A program made the translations under genes and the position numbers. Below are positions 1-13,600 of a stretch of 64,000 nt of DNA, piece after piece. The stretch is from positions 5,615,741 through 5,679,740 of the forward strand of contig MU058636.1 in NCBI GenBank assembly GCA_013265495.1, written 5' to 3'. Source of the DNA: Vicugna vicugna. Lineage: Eukaryota. Every line of letters begins with the position of its first letter. Positions within the stretch are counted from its first letter, which is position 1. Below the pieces are notes generated by a model that saw nothing but the letters and a program-made list of their open reading frames with translations, was not told the origin of the DNA and did not search any database.

Positions 1-479
1 ACAATCCATCACACAGCAAAAATGCATCCAGGAAATGCCCTCAGTTATTCAACTTTCTAATCCATTTAGGATGGTGTAGAGTCATGTGTATGTAAAGATG
101 GGACCTGGAGCTCTATAAGTGAGAAGCTGGTCTAACAAACATTGAAGAGAATATGTGTAGACAAACTATTTCCCCTGTGGCTTATCCACAGTCTTGCAGT
201 CCAGTTTAGTCCTGGCCAAGTCCAAGAGGGATGTGAAACTGTCTCAACATCTTTGACTCCATCCTGGTTCAAAGGTATTTGTAGAGACCAGTCTATCCAA
301 AACTCAGGCAACTCAGAACTCAGGAATTCCCTCAAAGGGTCTGATGCAGCCTTGGGGACTTTGCCCCTGGGCAATTTCTCTATAAACATATATAGAAATG
401 AAACTATAAGTTTAGGGAAAAGTTAGGCCTAAAATACTTAAGATTCAGAGGTATCCTTGGACTCGCTGGTTGGCTTGTT

Positions 480-950
480 GATTGATCATTTATCCAGGTG
501 TGCCATGTTCCAGGCACAGTGCTAGACAAGGGGATACAATAATGAGTCAGATACCATCCTACCTCATGGGAATGGGGCTGGTGTCTGGAATGGAAGGAGC
601 ACTACCATTATTAAGGGCCTACAGTGGAGGCCCATGTAATACAAAGTCCCAGATTAGGTAGTATCATAGATACTTTATAAACAAGGAACTAACCCTCAGA
701 GCTGCTAATTTGCTCAATGTTGTAGAACTAATAAGTGTCAGAGCTCATATCAGAAGCCATAATTGTCTGACTCTGAAATACATATTTTTAGACATAGTCA
801 TAAGCTGTAATTACAATAGAATGTGCTAAGTACACTGATGAAAACATGTGTAAGGTTCAGCAATAATATAGATAAGAGGAGGTTAAATCTGCCTTGAAAG
901 GTAAGAGGTTGCTTCACAGAGGAGTATTTACACCAAATCCTTAATGATAA
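480..950 (-). mobile_element. L2 3' fragment interrupted by a MIR (about 600-780)
   Basis: L2-end-like 'ccaggcacagtgctagacaagggatacaataatgag' and MIR-like 'tttgctcaatgttgtagaactaataagtgtcagagc...tgtctgactc'. Confidence 0.55.
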
Positions 951-1057
951 ATAAGAGTTATTATTTTTTCATTTCTCATTGACTCATTCAAATGGTTAAC
1001 AACCAAAAGATACTGAAAGCCCACAGCAGGCACTGTGTTGAGAGCTATGAGTTTAGG

Positions 1058-1247
1058 CAGTGTTCCTCAAAGTGTGGTCCCTGGACCAGCGGGATCACAT
1101 CACCTGAAACTTGTTTGAAATGGAAATTCTCAGGCCCTACCCCAGGCATACAGAAGCAAAATCTCTGGAGATAGAGCTCAGAAATTTGTATTTTAATAAG
1201 CCCTTCAGGTGATTTAGCAGGTGATGCTAAAAATTGAGAAGCACCAG
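1058..1247. mobile_element. MER5A-type hAT-Charlie MITE
   Basis: cagtgttcctcaaagtgtggtccctggaccagc...aaattctcaggccctaccccag...ttgagaagcaccag; about 190 bp with degenerate TIRs. Confidence 0.85.
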
Positions 1248-1311
1248 TTAATTCACTATACAACAGTTTATTACATTAAAGGTAAATAAACTTGAAATTA
1301 GTGGTATAAAG

Positions 1312-1523
1312 CAGAGCTTTCTAACAGGTGTGTCAAGAGTGAGTTACAGGTGTGTCAGGATTTTGATCCTCTCTATTCGTTTGACCATGAGGAGGGTTTG
1401 GGGGTAGCCAATGCCCCAGTTCATTACTTCCTGCCATGAAAAGCCTCATTCATATACTCTCAAATACTGAAAGAATATCTATTTTCCCTAAGAGCCACAG
1501 TGTGAGATGTTTGGGAAACTGCT
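1312..1523. mobile_element. Degraded hAT-like DNA transposon
   Basis: Ends cagagctttctaac... and ...gtttgggaaactgct resemble hAT TIRs; family not assigned. Confidence 0.4.
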
Positions 1524-1789
1524 ATAGAAAATAAGTACCATCAAATTGAAAAGAGACAGAAAATGTTTTGGATGGGACAATTGGAGAAGCATTCATTGAA
1601 GAGATAAAATGTGAAGGGCATTAAAATTCTCAGGTTCTCCTCATAGTGACCAACCACATTTTCTCTTCTCTCTTAATTTCACTGCACTTACTTGGGTATA
1701 GATCATGCGTTCAATTAGTGAAAAAAAAAATTAGTCTATCCAGTGCTAAGTAGAAAACATTTTTAGGAATTGGAGAGAATGGACATCAA

Positions 1790-3050
1790 AAAATCTATTT
1801 CAAATGGATTGCAGACATAAATATGAAAAGGAAAATAATATAGATTTTAAAGGAAAATATAGAAGAACATCTCCATGACCTTGAAGAAGTCAAAGCTTTC
1901 TTAAATTAGACATGAAAGAGATTCACCGTAAAAGAAAAAAATTGAGAAATTGGACTATATTAAAATTAAAAACTTCTATTGTTCAAAAGACATTAAGAAT
2001 GAAAAGTAGTTAATAAAATGGGAGAAGATATACACACATATTATAACTATATATATGAAAAATATTCACATATATCTTACACATCAACTGGATAAAGAAG
2101 TGTGGTATATTTATACAATGGAATACTACTCAGCCATAAAAAAGAATAAAACAATGCCATCTGCAGCAACATGGATGGACCTAGAGATCGTCATTCTAAG
2201 TAAAGTAAGCCAGAAAGAGAAAGAAAAACACCATATGATATCCCTCATATATGGAATCTAAAAAGAAAAAAGAAAAAAAAGAGCACTATGAACTCATCTA
2301 CAAAACAGAAACAACCTCGCAGACATAGTAAACAATCTTATGGTTACCGGGGAAATGGGGTGGGAAGGGATAGATTTTGGAGTTTGAGATTTACAAATGT
2401 TAGCCACTATATATAAAAATAGATTAAAAAAAGTTTCTTCTGTATAGCACAGGGAACTATATCTTGTAATATCCTTTAATATCTTATAATAACCTTTAAT
2501 GAAAAAGAATATGAAAATGAATACATGTATGTATGTGTATGACTGGGACATTGTGCTGTACACCAGAAATTGACACATTGAGACTGACTGTACTTCAATT
2601 TTATATATATATATATATTTTACACATCAAATAAAATACTGACCCAAAAGAAAAAATGGACAAAATCTTTGAAGACACACAAATAAGGATATTCAAATGG
2701 CCAACAAACATGAAATTATGTTCAATATTGCTGGTCAGGAAGGAAATGAAAATTAAAACCACAATGTGAAACCATTACATACCCCACAGAATGACTAATG
2801 TTAAAAAGACTGACAATAACAAACATAATTTGGGGAGGTGAAAACCACCTGCAGAAATTGCTTGGCAGCATCAACCAAAATTTAATATGTATTCAATATG
2901 ACGTAACAACTCCACTCCTAGAAGACCCAGAAATGCATACATATGTGTACCAAAGTTCTCTTTGTAATAGCTCCAAGTTAGAAACTACAGATACCCATCT
3001 ACAGTAGAGTGGATATATTAATCATAGTATATTCACACAAGGGAACATGT
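1790..3050 (+). mobile_element. Old L1M ORF2 3' remnant, split by a younger L1
   Basis: A-rich L1 motifs 'ttggactatattaaaattaaaaacttc', 'atattcaaatggccaacaaacatgaaa', 'aaattaaaaccacaatg'. Confidence 0.8.
2088..2612 (+). mobile_element. Young 5'-truncated L1 (ORF2 end and 3' UTR) with TSD
   Basis: Translates as WYIYTMEYYSAIKKN...ATWMDLEIVILSKVSQKEK (L1 ORF2 C-terminus). Flanked by an 18-bp direct repeat atatat(c/t)ttacacatcaa at 2070-2087 and 2613-2630. Confidence 0.92.
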
Positions 3051-3680
3051 TGGACTTCAATAAATATTGTTGAACAACTGAATGAAGAGTGAATGAATGA
3101 ATGATCATAAAAACTTTATGTGGTCTTCTGTACAATGAACTCTTCACAACTCAGCAAAAGTGATCTCTGGAGAACACGAATCAGATGATGATACCTTCAG
3201 CATAAGTTCAAGTTCCTTGGCAGTGCCTGCCCCTCCCTCCATGACCTGGCTCCCAGCTTCATCTCTACGCCCACCTCTTGAGAGCACATGCTGCTCTAGT
3301 CTCACTGAAGGAACTGCAGCTTCCTGGCTCTTTCACCCTCGAATTTTTGTCCACTCTGTTTCCTCTTCCTAGAAAATCTTGGCCATTATGCTAATTTATG
3401 TTCCTTCTTCTTTATACTTTACATTGTCATTATCTGATTGGAAAACTTCCTTTGACTATCTCAGGAATTAAAGACCTCTGTACTCCAGCACCAATGTGTG
3501 CACACCTCTGTCATAGCAAAAATAGCACAGCACTGACTATACTTGTTTACCTGTTATAGCCTCTCTTAGTTCACGATTAGTCCTAGAGGGCAAGGTCATA
3601 TCTTATCTTTGAATCTCCACACGTAGCTTAGTGCCTGATATACATGATATACATAGAGGCATATTATTAAATGAATGAAT
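3040..3680 (+). mobile_element. L2 3' fragments
   Basis: (TGAA)n L2 tails at about 3080-3105 and 3670; 'caataaatattgttgaa', 'tagtgcctgatat'. Confidence 0.7.
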
Positions 3681-3737
3681 GGCATTCCAAACATCACCAT
3701 ATCAGCATGTAATAGCTTCTTTAGGGTTTTTTTGCAG

Positions 3738-3800
3738 GTTGTGAAAAGGAAGCAGAAAAATCAGAGGGAAGTAATTTGATCCTAAATAACTGACAGTCTG
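3738..3800 (+). other. Candidate non-coding exon (63 nt)
   Basis: gggtttttttgcag|...AGTCTG|gtaagg; stops in all three frames. Confidence 0.25.
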
Positions 3801-3879
3801 GTAAGGCAATTTTGCCTTTATTTTGTTGACAACCTAAGCAATATGAAAATATTTATGGTCTATTATATTGTAGACACAT

Positions 3880-4050
3880 TGACATTATCACTTAATCTTC
3901 ACAATGACCCTATGTTCTACATTGTCGTCTCCATATATTATTTATGTTGAAACTAAGGCTCAAATAGGTTTGTAACTTGCCTGTAGTGACTGGCAGAGTT
4001 TGGACTTCACCCTTTTTGACTACAAAGTCAGATCATCTTCCCTGATACCT
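3880..4050 (-). mobile_element. MIR
   Basis: 'cacttaatcttcacaatgaccctatg...gaaactaaggctcaaataggtttgtaacttgcc'. Confidence 0.7.
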
Positions 4051-4329
4051 ACAAAAGCTGTTCCGTTTTATACATGTCAAACTACTGAAATTATTGATGA
4101 GGACTTAAAATCTTCAAACATTGTTCCTTAGGTATCTCCTCAGGGATCTCCTAAAAGAATTTTGAAAAACTTATACTTTCTAAAGTTGATATCTAAAAAT
4201 TTCAATATACATTTGAATAGCAGTGAAGGATGTAAGTCCTGGTATATTGTGAATATATTTTGTAATAAAACTGTGACATTGTTCTTTTCAATATGTCCTG
4301 TAGAATCTAAATTCCATAACAATTTGATT

Positions 4330-5139
4330 TCCACCATCACCCACTTTAAAAAATGAAGTAAAATAAAAAATCAAATGACAAATTGGCAAAATAATATTTG
4401 TGCTGTATCACATTCAAAGGGTTAATATATAAATATATAAAGAAGTTCTGAAAGTAAAGGAAAAAAACTCATAACTGTATAGAAAAAACGAATACAGAAA
4501 TGAATACATGATTCATAAAAAAATGGCTCACAATGCTTTTAATCATATGAAAGGATTACCAGTCTTGTTCATACTAAGATAAATGTACATAAAAACTACA
4601 CCAACATACCATTTTTTACCTATTTAGTACAACTCCAAAACTTTAACAGCATTCTCTGTTGGCAAGAGGACACACTGCTGGTGGGAATGCAAACAGAGTA
4701 TAACCCTTAAGAAGGGGAAGTTGGCAGTATCTGGCAAAGCTTACCAATGTATTTTGGATCCATAAATGCATTTATTCCACTTATCCCAAAGATACTCAGA
4801 TGAAAAAGCAAAAAGATGGATGCATTTCCCAGGTTTCAGCACCAAAAAACCCCCCTAAACAAAAACCAGATGCACATTGCATTGCAGGGTTATTTGTAAA
4901 AGCTAAAGACTGAAAAACACTCACATGTACATCTGTAAGGGATTGATTGAATGAATTATGGTATTCGTATGCAACAGAGTGATATCATGTTGAAAGAAAA
5001 ATAAAGAGTATCTCTATAGACAAGTTTAAAGTCAACTCCAGGATATTCAGTTATATGAAAAAAGCAAGAAGGGAAAAAGAAGTGTCTAGCATTGCTGAAG
5101 CTTAAGAAAGGGCAATACACATATTACATGCAAGTTATA

Positions 5140-5188
<49 letters not shown>

Positions 5189-7020
5189 TGCATGTGTATG
5201 CAAATATATACACATATATAATTTTAAACTAACAATGGAAGGTATTCACTAATTTGTTTTCAATGGTCATCTATTCAAGGAAGAAGGAAATAGGGTAGAA
5301 AGAACAGGGATAGGACCTAGGACTCCCTTGTACTACATATTTGAGTTTAGAACCATTAATATCTTACAGAATTATGGAATGATATTAAACTTTAAAAAGA
5401 AATCCATAAAAATTTTTAAAAAATGAAATAAATGAAGCTAATGTGTATCTAGTTGGTAATATACAGAGAGGAACTAACTTGTGGTTACTTCTAGTACTAA
5501 CATGGATAGTGGCAGTACTGGTATTCTCATTCAAAACCTCATGTGCATATACCTTGTTGTGGGAAAGGAGAACACAGATATAAAATCAAAGCAGAGAGGT
5601 ACAAATGCTGTAGTACTGAATTTGAATTGAAATCATAAATATGAACTCATGATTATTTTAAGAAACATTTATACACACATATATATTTATTTAATTTATC
5701 CACTGAAAAGGCCTAGCCTCATAGCAGTGAGAACCCTAATTGTGATTTCCAAATTCCATTCTGTCTAAAATAAACAGAGAATTCCTTGGAAAAGTGGCTG
5801 ATTTCAGATCTGAAGCAGAAAATGTTTATGATGAGCCTGAAGGCTCTTGCCGTATCTGAAAGCAAAGAAACTATCAAAATTACTAGTGTCAAGTAAAAAG
5901 ACTCAGGAGCCAACATCAAGAGGTTCCCACTGTCCAAAGATGGAAAAAGTTGAAAGAAAAAAATATTAACAGCAACGGACTAAAGCATATCAAATATGTT
6001 TAAATCCATGAATTGTTGGTAACACTAAAAGCAATAACAAATAATTGTTTACCACTGAAGGATGATGGTAGACAAATTCATTATTTTGAAAAATAGTAAA
6101 GAAAAAGAAAAAAAACTAAGCATTAATCCTGCCTTTCCTATATGAATTATACCAAGACCACTAACCAAATTGCTGATGAGACGTTAATTAAAACAGAACA
6201 ATTAGAAAAAAAAAGGAATGATTAGAATATACTGATTAATTAGAATATACTAATTCTGCATATTGCCACTTGCAACCCATAATGAAATAATGAATCTACA
6301 TATTGATTTCCTTCTGCTGGCTAACATCACAAAAAAAGAGAGAGAATCAAATATTGAGTGTCTTCTAATGGAAGAACACAATGCTATCTATGAGGTAATC
6401 TTACCAAAAAATATTAAATCACAATCTATTTATGCTTCTAAATCCAACTACCAATTTACAGGAAATACAGAGGACAAAGAAATATGTCAAATGCAATCAT
6501 CAAGGTCCATTCTGCATGAAACTGTATAGAATACAGAACCCAATTTCTTCAACAAATAACTCGACAAAGAAAAAAAGAAAGAGTAAGAGACAATGGGGAA
6601 GATAGAATCTATGTATTAAGAGACTTAAGACCCATATAACCAATTTTAATGTGTGGACTTTATTTGGTGCCTGATTTAAACAAACTTTGAAAAAAGTTCT
6701 GAATTGGAAGATAAATACTTACTAGATATTTGATGATACTATAAATTATTGATAATCTTAGGTGTGATAATGATATTGTGGTTATTTTTTTTAAAGTCTT
6801 TATTGTTTGGAGATATATATTAAAATGCTGATGAGTTGACACAATGACTTGAATTTGCTTCAGAATAATGCAGGCTGGGGAAATGTGGGTGGGAGTACAG
6901 ATGAAACAAGATTGGCATGAGTCAAGTGGAAGGTAGGTAATGGGTACATATGGGTTTATTGTTACTCTTCTTTTTAATTTTTTATATGCTGGAAAATTTT
7001 CATAATGAAAAGGTAAAAAT
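4330..7020 (+). mobile_element. Old L1 (L1MC4-like) ORF2 end and long 3' UTR
   Basis: 'cacactgctggtgggaatgcaaac', 'aggtgtgataatgatattgtggttatt', 'gatgaaacaagattggc', 'aaaattttcataatgaaaa'. Confidence 0.8.
5138..5186. repeat. (TG)n(TA)n microsatellite
   Basis: Seen directly. Confidence 0.95.
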
Positions 7021-7603
7021 ATCCATCAGTTGAAAATACTATAGTGTTTCTTTTCCTTGAGATCTATTCCACTTGCCCAACCTAATTGTATCCTAAGATA
7101 AGTAGAGATCAGTAAAAAGCTTTTTATTGATCACTATTCAATTTCTGCAGCAAAAACAAGTGTACAGATATGGATTTTTAAATTTTAAAATTTTCTTGTA
7201 GTGATATGCCTATAAATGTTAAAATTTTCTTCTCGGCTTTGATAATAAATGATGATATACAATTAATTAAAATTCAAAAATAAACATTATAAATATTTTT
7301 TTATAAATGTTTATAAATGTTGAAAACAATTATCAAAGATAAAAGTAAGATTTTATTTAAATTCATCTTTTAATATGGTGAGCGAGGAGAGTTTTGGGAG
7401 TTTCCTTGTTTAAGGAAGGCTTATATTTTTAAAGGTCTGTTTGTTTGGTGCACCAGACAAATGTATAAAATCCAAGCAGAACTCAGTTTGAAGTTTTGCC
7501 ATACTCTAACAAAGAAAGGTATCAGATTAAAATTTGCACACGTTTGCATTTTTAAGAAAATGCTAATCTTAAAGTTAATCAAAGGGTGGACTTTGATTTG
7601 GGA

Positions 7604-10600
7604 TCACCTTTGACCTCCATCCTGATTAGGGTCTGGATTTGGATTAGATAAAATCTTCTGGATGCACTTTCTTATAGAAATGCCCCAAAGGCTCCTTCCT
7701 GGCAGGAAAGTCACAGTATTCCAAAGTAAGTCAAGGTTATGAAGTCCTTGGGAGTTAGTCTAAGGGCTCACTGATGATCAAGAATGAACCAGAAGTACCA
7801 ACAGAATCTTTAATAATACTACAATTTTGGAATGAATTTTAATTGTGGATGAAAATCTAGAATGTAGATCTCTTAATACTCTCTGGTCCAGACAAGGCCA
7901 AGAAACCAATTGAAATTAAAACATCACACACACACACACACACACACGTATATATATATTTAAGACAAGTATAGTTGATTTACAATATTGTATTAGTTTC
8001 CGGTGTACAGGATTTGATTCAGTTATACACACAAACACACACATATATATTCTTTTTCATTATAGGTTATTATGAGCTATTGAACATAGTTTCCTGTGCT
8101 ATACAGTAGGACCCTGTTGTCTATCTATTTTACATATAGTAGTTTGTATTTGCTAGTCCCAAACTCCTAATGTATCTTAACCTCATCTTTCCCCTTTGGG
8201 AAGTTTGTTTTCTATGAAACATGACATATATATTAAGTGCCAGGGTAAAATAAATGAGGAATCAGGGAAAAAAAGAAAGAAAATTATTTTAATAATTGAT
8301 AATCAATTTTGACATTATCTCAGGATGATTAAAAATTACCATAAATTATGGCTATATATAAAGTATATAGATATATCAAGTATATGGTTTTCCTTAGAAA
8401 AATGAAATGAATTGAGACATTTACCTAAATAAAGGTCATTCTCGGTGTTTTAGAGTTGTAAAACACTATGATGTGTAAAAATTATGATTAAAAAATTCTA
8501 ATATAGCAAGTTCAATATTTCACATACTATTAGGATTTAGTCATTTCCAAATGTGTGGGTGGGAGTTGGGGAAGAAAAAAAAGCTAATGTAGCCTCATAA
8601 GATAATACTTAAAGATCTAAATTCATGCTCAATTTCAGTCTTAACTCATCTACACCTCAAAAAATCAGTTTAAGGAGACTCTTTCCTCCAATCCTGATTT
8701 TATCTCTTACCATTTATAACTTTTAAGACAAACAGAAGAAGCAAACTAGTTAGATATAGGAAGTAGAAAATGGCAGATTTACATACTGAAGCAGTGATCT
8801 CCATTATTTGAAATGAATTAGTATGAGACATTTGTAAATTAAAACTATGAATATTTTCCCCCAAACTCCTACTTGGTAAATTGCAAATGCAATTAGTGGA
8901 AATGCATTCAGATTGCCTTAAATTAAATAAATGTCAAAAATAAACAGATGACTAATAATTTCATTTCTGTTTAGTTCTTCTGCAACTCAAAGGCATTTTT
9001 AATTACAAAAGAGAAATGGTCCATGATGTTACAAAAAGCTTTCAAGTGAAACCAGCTAAAAAAAATAAAACATATTTGTATTAAGAATATTTCTGACTTT
9101 CAAAAAATGCTCCAGGAAATTAGAAAATATGTCATTATGTGTAACATACCCATAATATTTACCTAAAACAAAAATAATGCTTTATTGGCATAAATTCATA
9201 AGAAATAAGAATTAGATTATTAAGTCTTAGAAAATTTCTTGTGCTGCATGATGGTGTTATAGAAATGGCTGTCTCACTAATTTTCCAAAAAAGAGTTCAG
9301 AAATTGGTCCTCTATTCACTCTGAATTAGATCAAATGAGGTAATAGATATGCAATCACTTTGAATTGTAAGAATGTCTATGTAAATATAAGGTACTATCA
9401 TTATTACTAATAGTTCAGTTATCATGCAACCTTTCAATTTCAAATTACTGCAAGGGCAAGGAAGGTCCTTGCAGAGATGTGAGAAGAAAACAAGGGTTAC
9501 AGTAAAATAAAATGAACTAATTATCAAATATATTTTGGTGAATTGGAAATATTAAAATGTGGAGCGTAGAAAGTCTGCAGTTTAAAGTGCTGAAGATGAA
9601 AACCATTCACCATGGATCCTTGACTGCACCAATTATAAATCATGATCAAAGTGTTCTTCAGTATTTTCATCTGCATTTTAAGATCAGTCCTGACCAAGGG
9701 CAACCCTAGGGACAGAAGACTGGAGTGCTTTCTTGGGATTTGGACCAGAGACTCCTAACATGACCTCTAGGGCCACTAATAGATGGTGAATGGGTTTTGC
9801 AGTATAAATACGGTTGCCAGGCAACAAATGTAAAAGAGCTAAGGTGGGGCCCAGAAGACCAGTAGCTGCTTAATTGGAAGCTTTGAATTCTTTCTCTCCT
9901 ACAAAAACACTCTTTGCATCTTTTCTTATCAACATTTGTTTCCAGGTATGTGATCTGCATGGCTTATATCTTCTATAATTCTGTTTACTGACACATTTCT
10001 TCACCTCCTTATGAGATGAAGCCACTCCTCTTCCCCAACTCTTCATCTAAAGCACATACTCTTGCAGTTTAATACTGCTTGCCTTTTGTCAGCCAGAAAG
10101 AAAAGGAATGCATTCAGATCAGTACCTCAACAGTAACCTTTTCTGGCTGAAGTAGGATAAACAATTCCCTTTGACCTTAGAAATCTGAGTCCCTCCATGT
10201 AAGGACTGCTATCTGGTAATGTCACACCATCGGAAACCTGACTTTTCCTGCGCAGGGGTGGGGGTGGGGGGAACCAGTTACTCACACAAAGGCATTTTTA
10301 TAAACTTACCACCAGCCTGGAGTAACCATGTATTATTAAAACAATGACCTTTTAAAAAGTGTAGTATCAGTCCTGTCATATTGTTTTACGACTCATAAGT
10401 TCTGTGACCTTGGGCAACTTCCCTAAACATGGTTTCTTCATCTGTAAAATGTAGGCGTTAACAGTCCCTGCCTTGCAGAATTGTGAGGGGGGATTCAATG
10501 AGATAATCCATTGAAAGCTCTTAGCACTGTCCCAGCACAAAGTAAAGAAAATCTTAGCAGCAGCTGCTGTTGTTCTTATGCTTTTCAATGTCCCTGGGCT

Positions 10601-10627
10601 CTGGTTAGTCCAATTCACACAATGATC

Positions 10628-10672
<45 letters not shown>

Positions 10673-13600
10673 ATATGCACATGGAAAATAATTGCACATG
10701 TTGAAAGTCTATGAAGTTACTTTGCCTACATGCCTTATAAATAAAGGGAAAGAGCAACATATTTTAAATAGTCCATAAAGAGGACAGAAAGGAGTCAAGT
10801 TTCAGAACATAGATATGGATTAAATGGTCTAAAAGGAGAAGAGAAATTCCCAAAACCCCAGGGTAGCGGAGTCAGCATCTTGTGAGAGATTTCATGAGAT
10901 GCTGGTGTACTCAGATCACTAGAATGCTCTTAATTTGGGCACCTTCAAAACACTTCCTTGCTCAAAAGTATTAACCTTGGTTTGTTGTGATACCCTTACC
11001 CTCTTTAATACACAGATCTTCCTTTCAATTAACTGCTTGCCCTGCTTGGCCACAGCCACTTTCCTCTACTTGACAAACTTCTCAAAGCTTATACTTGCTG
11101 TAGTGTGTTATTCATCTCACACCCATTCATCTTTTGTAATCTGGCTTCTGGCCTCATCACTCTACTGAAAATATTCTTTCTGTGACCTCTCTCAGAGGTG
11201 TCTTCCTATTTGCCAAACCCAAAGGTCTCTTCTCAGTTCCAGGCACTGTGTCTACCTCTCCTTCCCCTTTAGCTATAGCTTCTTCCTTGGCTTCTATGCT
11301 ACTGCCCCCTCCTGGTTCTTCTACTGTGTCTCTGGTCACTCCTCTTCTTCCTCTGCCTGCCCTTAAACGTAAACATGGCCTGAAGTTCTATCCTTAGTCT
11401 TCCTCTTTCTCATTACTCCCTCCTATAACTACAGTAATCTCTATCTTAAAGACCCAAACTACCAAATCTCCATCTCCATCACTACAATTCTCGAGCGGCA
11501 TCTTAGATGTCTACTGCCTCCTTAGAGCAGCCTTCAACTTAGAGATGCTCCCACTTTGTGCTTTATTTTTAAATTAATGGCACCTCCATTAACCCTAGCC
11601 TTTCAGTGTAGACATATCAATATTATCTTTGATTTGTACTTATGTCCCAATCCCACGTAAATTCAGCCACCAAACCCAATTACCTCCTTGTCTGCAATAT
11701 CTCATTTCCAGTATATGGTTCCTTCCACCCTCAAAAACCTTCAAAGAATCCCAATTGCCCCTAGAGAATAGAATGAACATTCTTTAGAATAAGATTAAAA
11801 CATGACTAGTACTTGGTAGTAATCTTTCTTTACCACTTCAATCTGCAGTATCTTTCTTCATGAATTCTTTGCTTTTTCTACTGTTAGCTATTTCCTGATA
11901 ACATCAATTACTTTCAAGCTTTTGAATTTTTGCTCAAGATATTGCCTCAATCTGAAATATCCTTTCCTTCTCTCCATCTACTGAAATCCTATCTTTTAAG
12001 TTCAAATACTATCTTTGCTCTGTAGCCTTCTTTGATACTGACTCACAGAATTAATCATTCTTTATGCTATGATCATATAGGACTTGTGTTAACACTTATT
12101 TAAAACATTTAGGTCATGCTTCCTTAAAACATTCTCTGTTGAATTTCAGACTCACATTTAATTGCCCAATAGCCATCTCACTGGGTTAACCCTCAAATCC
12201 TTCAGATTTCATACATCTCAAGTTGAACACAGACTTTCTGACTGGACTTGGTCTTCCTACTGTGCTTCCAGTCACAGAATGCTGGGTGCCATCCTTAATT
12301 TTCCCATCTCCTTCTAATCTCTCACTTTATGTAATTGATTCTAGCTTCTAAATATCTTTCAAATATACTCACATTTCTTTCCTCACTATTAATAAATTAG
12401 TTCATACCATCAAAATTTGTTGTTATTATTAATCAATTGATTAGAACTGCCAATAAAAAAATCAAGTTTCAATTTAGGAAAAAAAATCAAGTTATATAAT
12501 CCACTTGTAGCCGATTAATCTTTATAGTTTTCTGTTTTCCTTTTAAACTTCCATAAGGCAACTTACTATAATTAAGTCTTTTGAGGGTGTTATTGAAAGT
12601 TATCTCTTGGTAAACCAAGCTAAAAATTAATTTAGTGGTTTAGTATCCAGATATTTGTATACTTATTTGTAATAAAAGCTAAGAAGACATCATATTACTG
12701 TTCATTTTCTTCCTCTGACCAACTTCTAATAAACGATTTAGAGAAATTAAATGTTACTTTTATGTGTTTAGATTCCAATCAATTAAGAAGAAATAGAATA
12801 AATGTAGCTATCTGAAAATAATTTACTCATGAAAACTTCCCTTTACACTTTTCTTTTTAAAGTATTTAAATTAGATTTTAGTTGAAAGTACCAAGTAATT
12901 TACTTACTCAGCTTCTAGGACCAAAATTGAATGTGTTAATTTTTAAAATTTGAACAATGTGGCTTTGCATTTAAAAAATACTCAAGAAACAGCCAAGGGT
13001 CATGGGACTAATCACTTCAACTTACTTTTCTTTTCTCATCTCTGCCTATTTTGCTAGTTTTCATTATTTGCATGAGGATTCCCAGAGAATTAATAGACCA
13101 AAAATATGACCTATCATATTCCTTCCTTTTAGAGGGATGAAAATAATTTTTGAGTTCATTCTTGAATTGGAACAGTCCTTGAAAAGAAAAAAAATCAAAT
13201 GGATGGATAATTCTGACCTTAAAGAGAAAATCTGTGTTAAGCAAAAAATGGATGTGTCATGGAATAACAATATTGATCATTGAACATATTGTTTTAAACT
13301 TTCAAATCATTTAAAATAATCATGGAAATAATTTTATCTGAAATATAAATTATAAGTTATAATTCAACTTTAATTATAATTGACTTTTACTAGTGTACAA
13401 TCTTATTTCAAAAGTTTATGCTTTTTGTTTTGTTTTAAGCAATTTGATATGTTCATTTAGCACTGGGGAAATCATTTGAAATCATACATTGAAGCTAGCA
13501 GGTATTAACTATGCCACATGGCCATGTGACATGCTTATGAGATACTGGAGAATTTCCCAGTGGTAGGTAGGCTGCTTGGAGTAAAAGAGTGAAATGAAAG

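Noticed and set aside
1692..1745. 54-nt minus exon-like segment
   Set aside because: Contains a T10 run and has no coding signal; may be non-coding or chance.
2055..2261. 68-aa ORF
   Set aside because: C-terminal fragment of L1 ORF2 in a truncated insertion.
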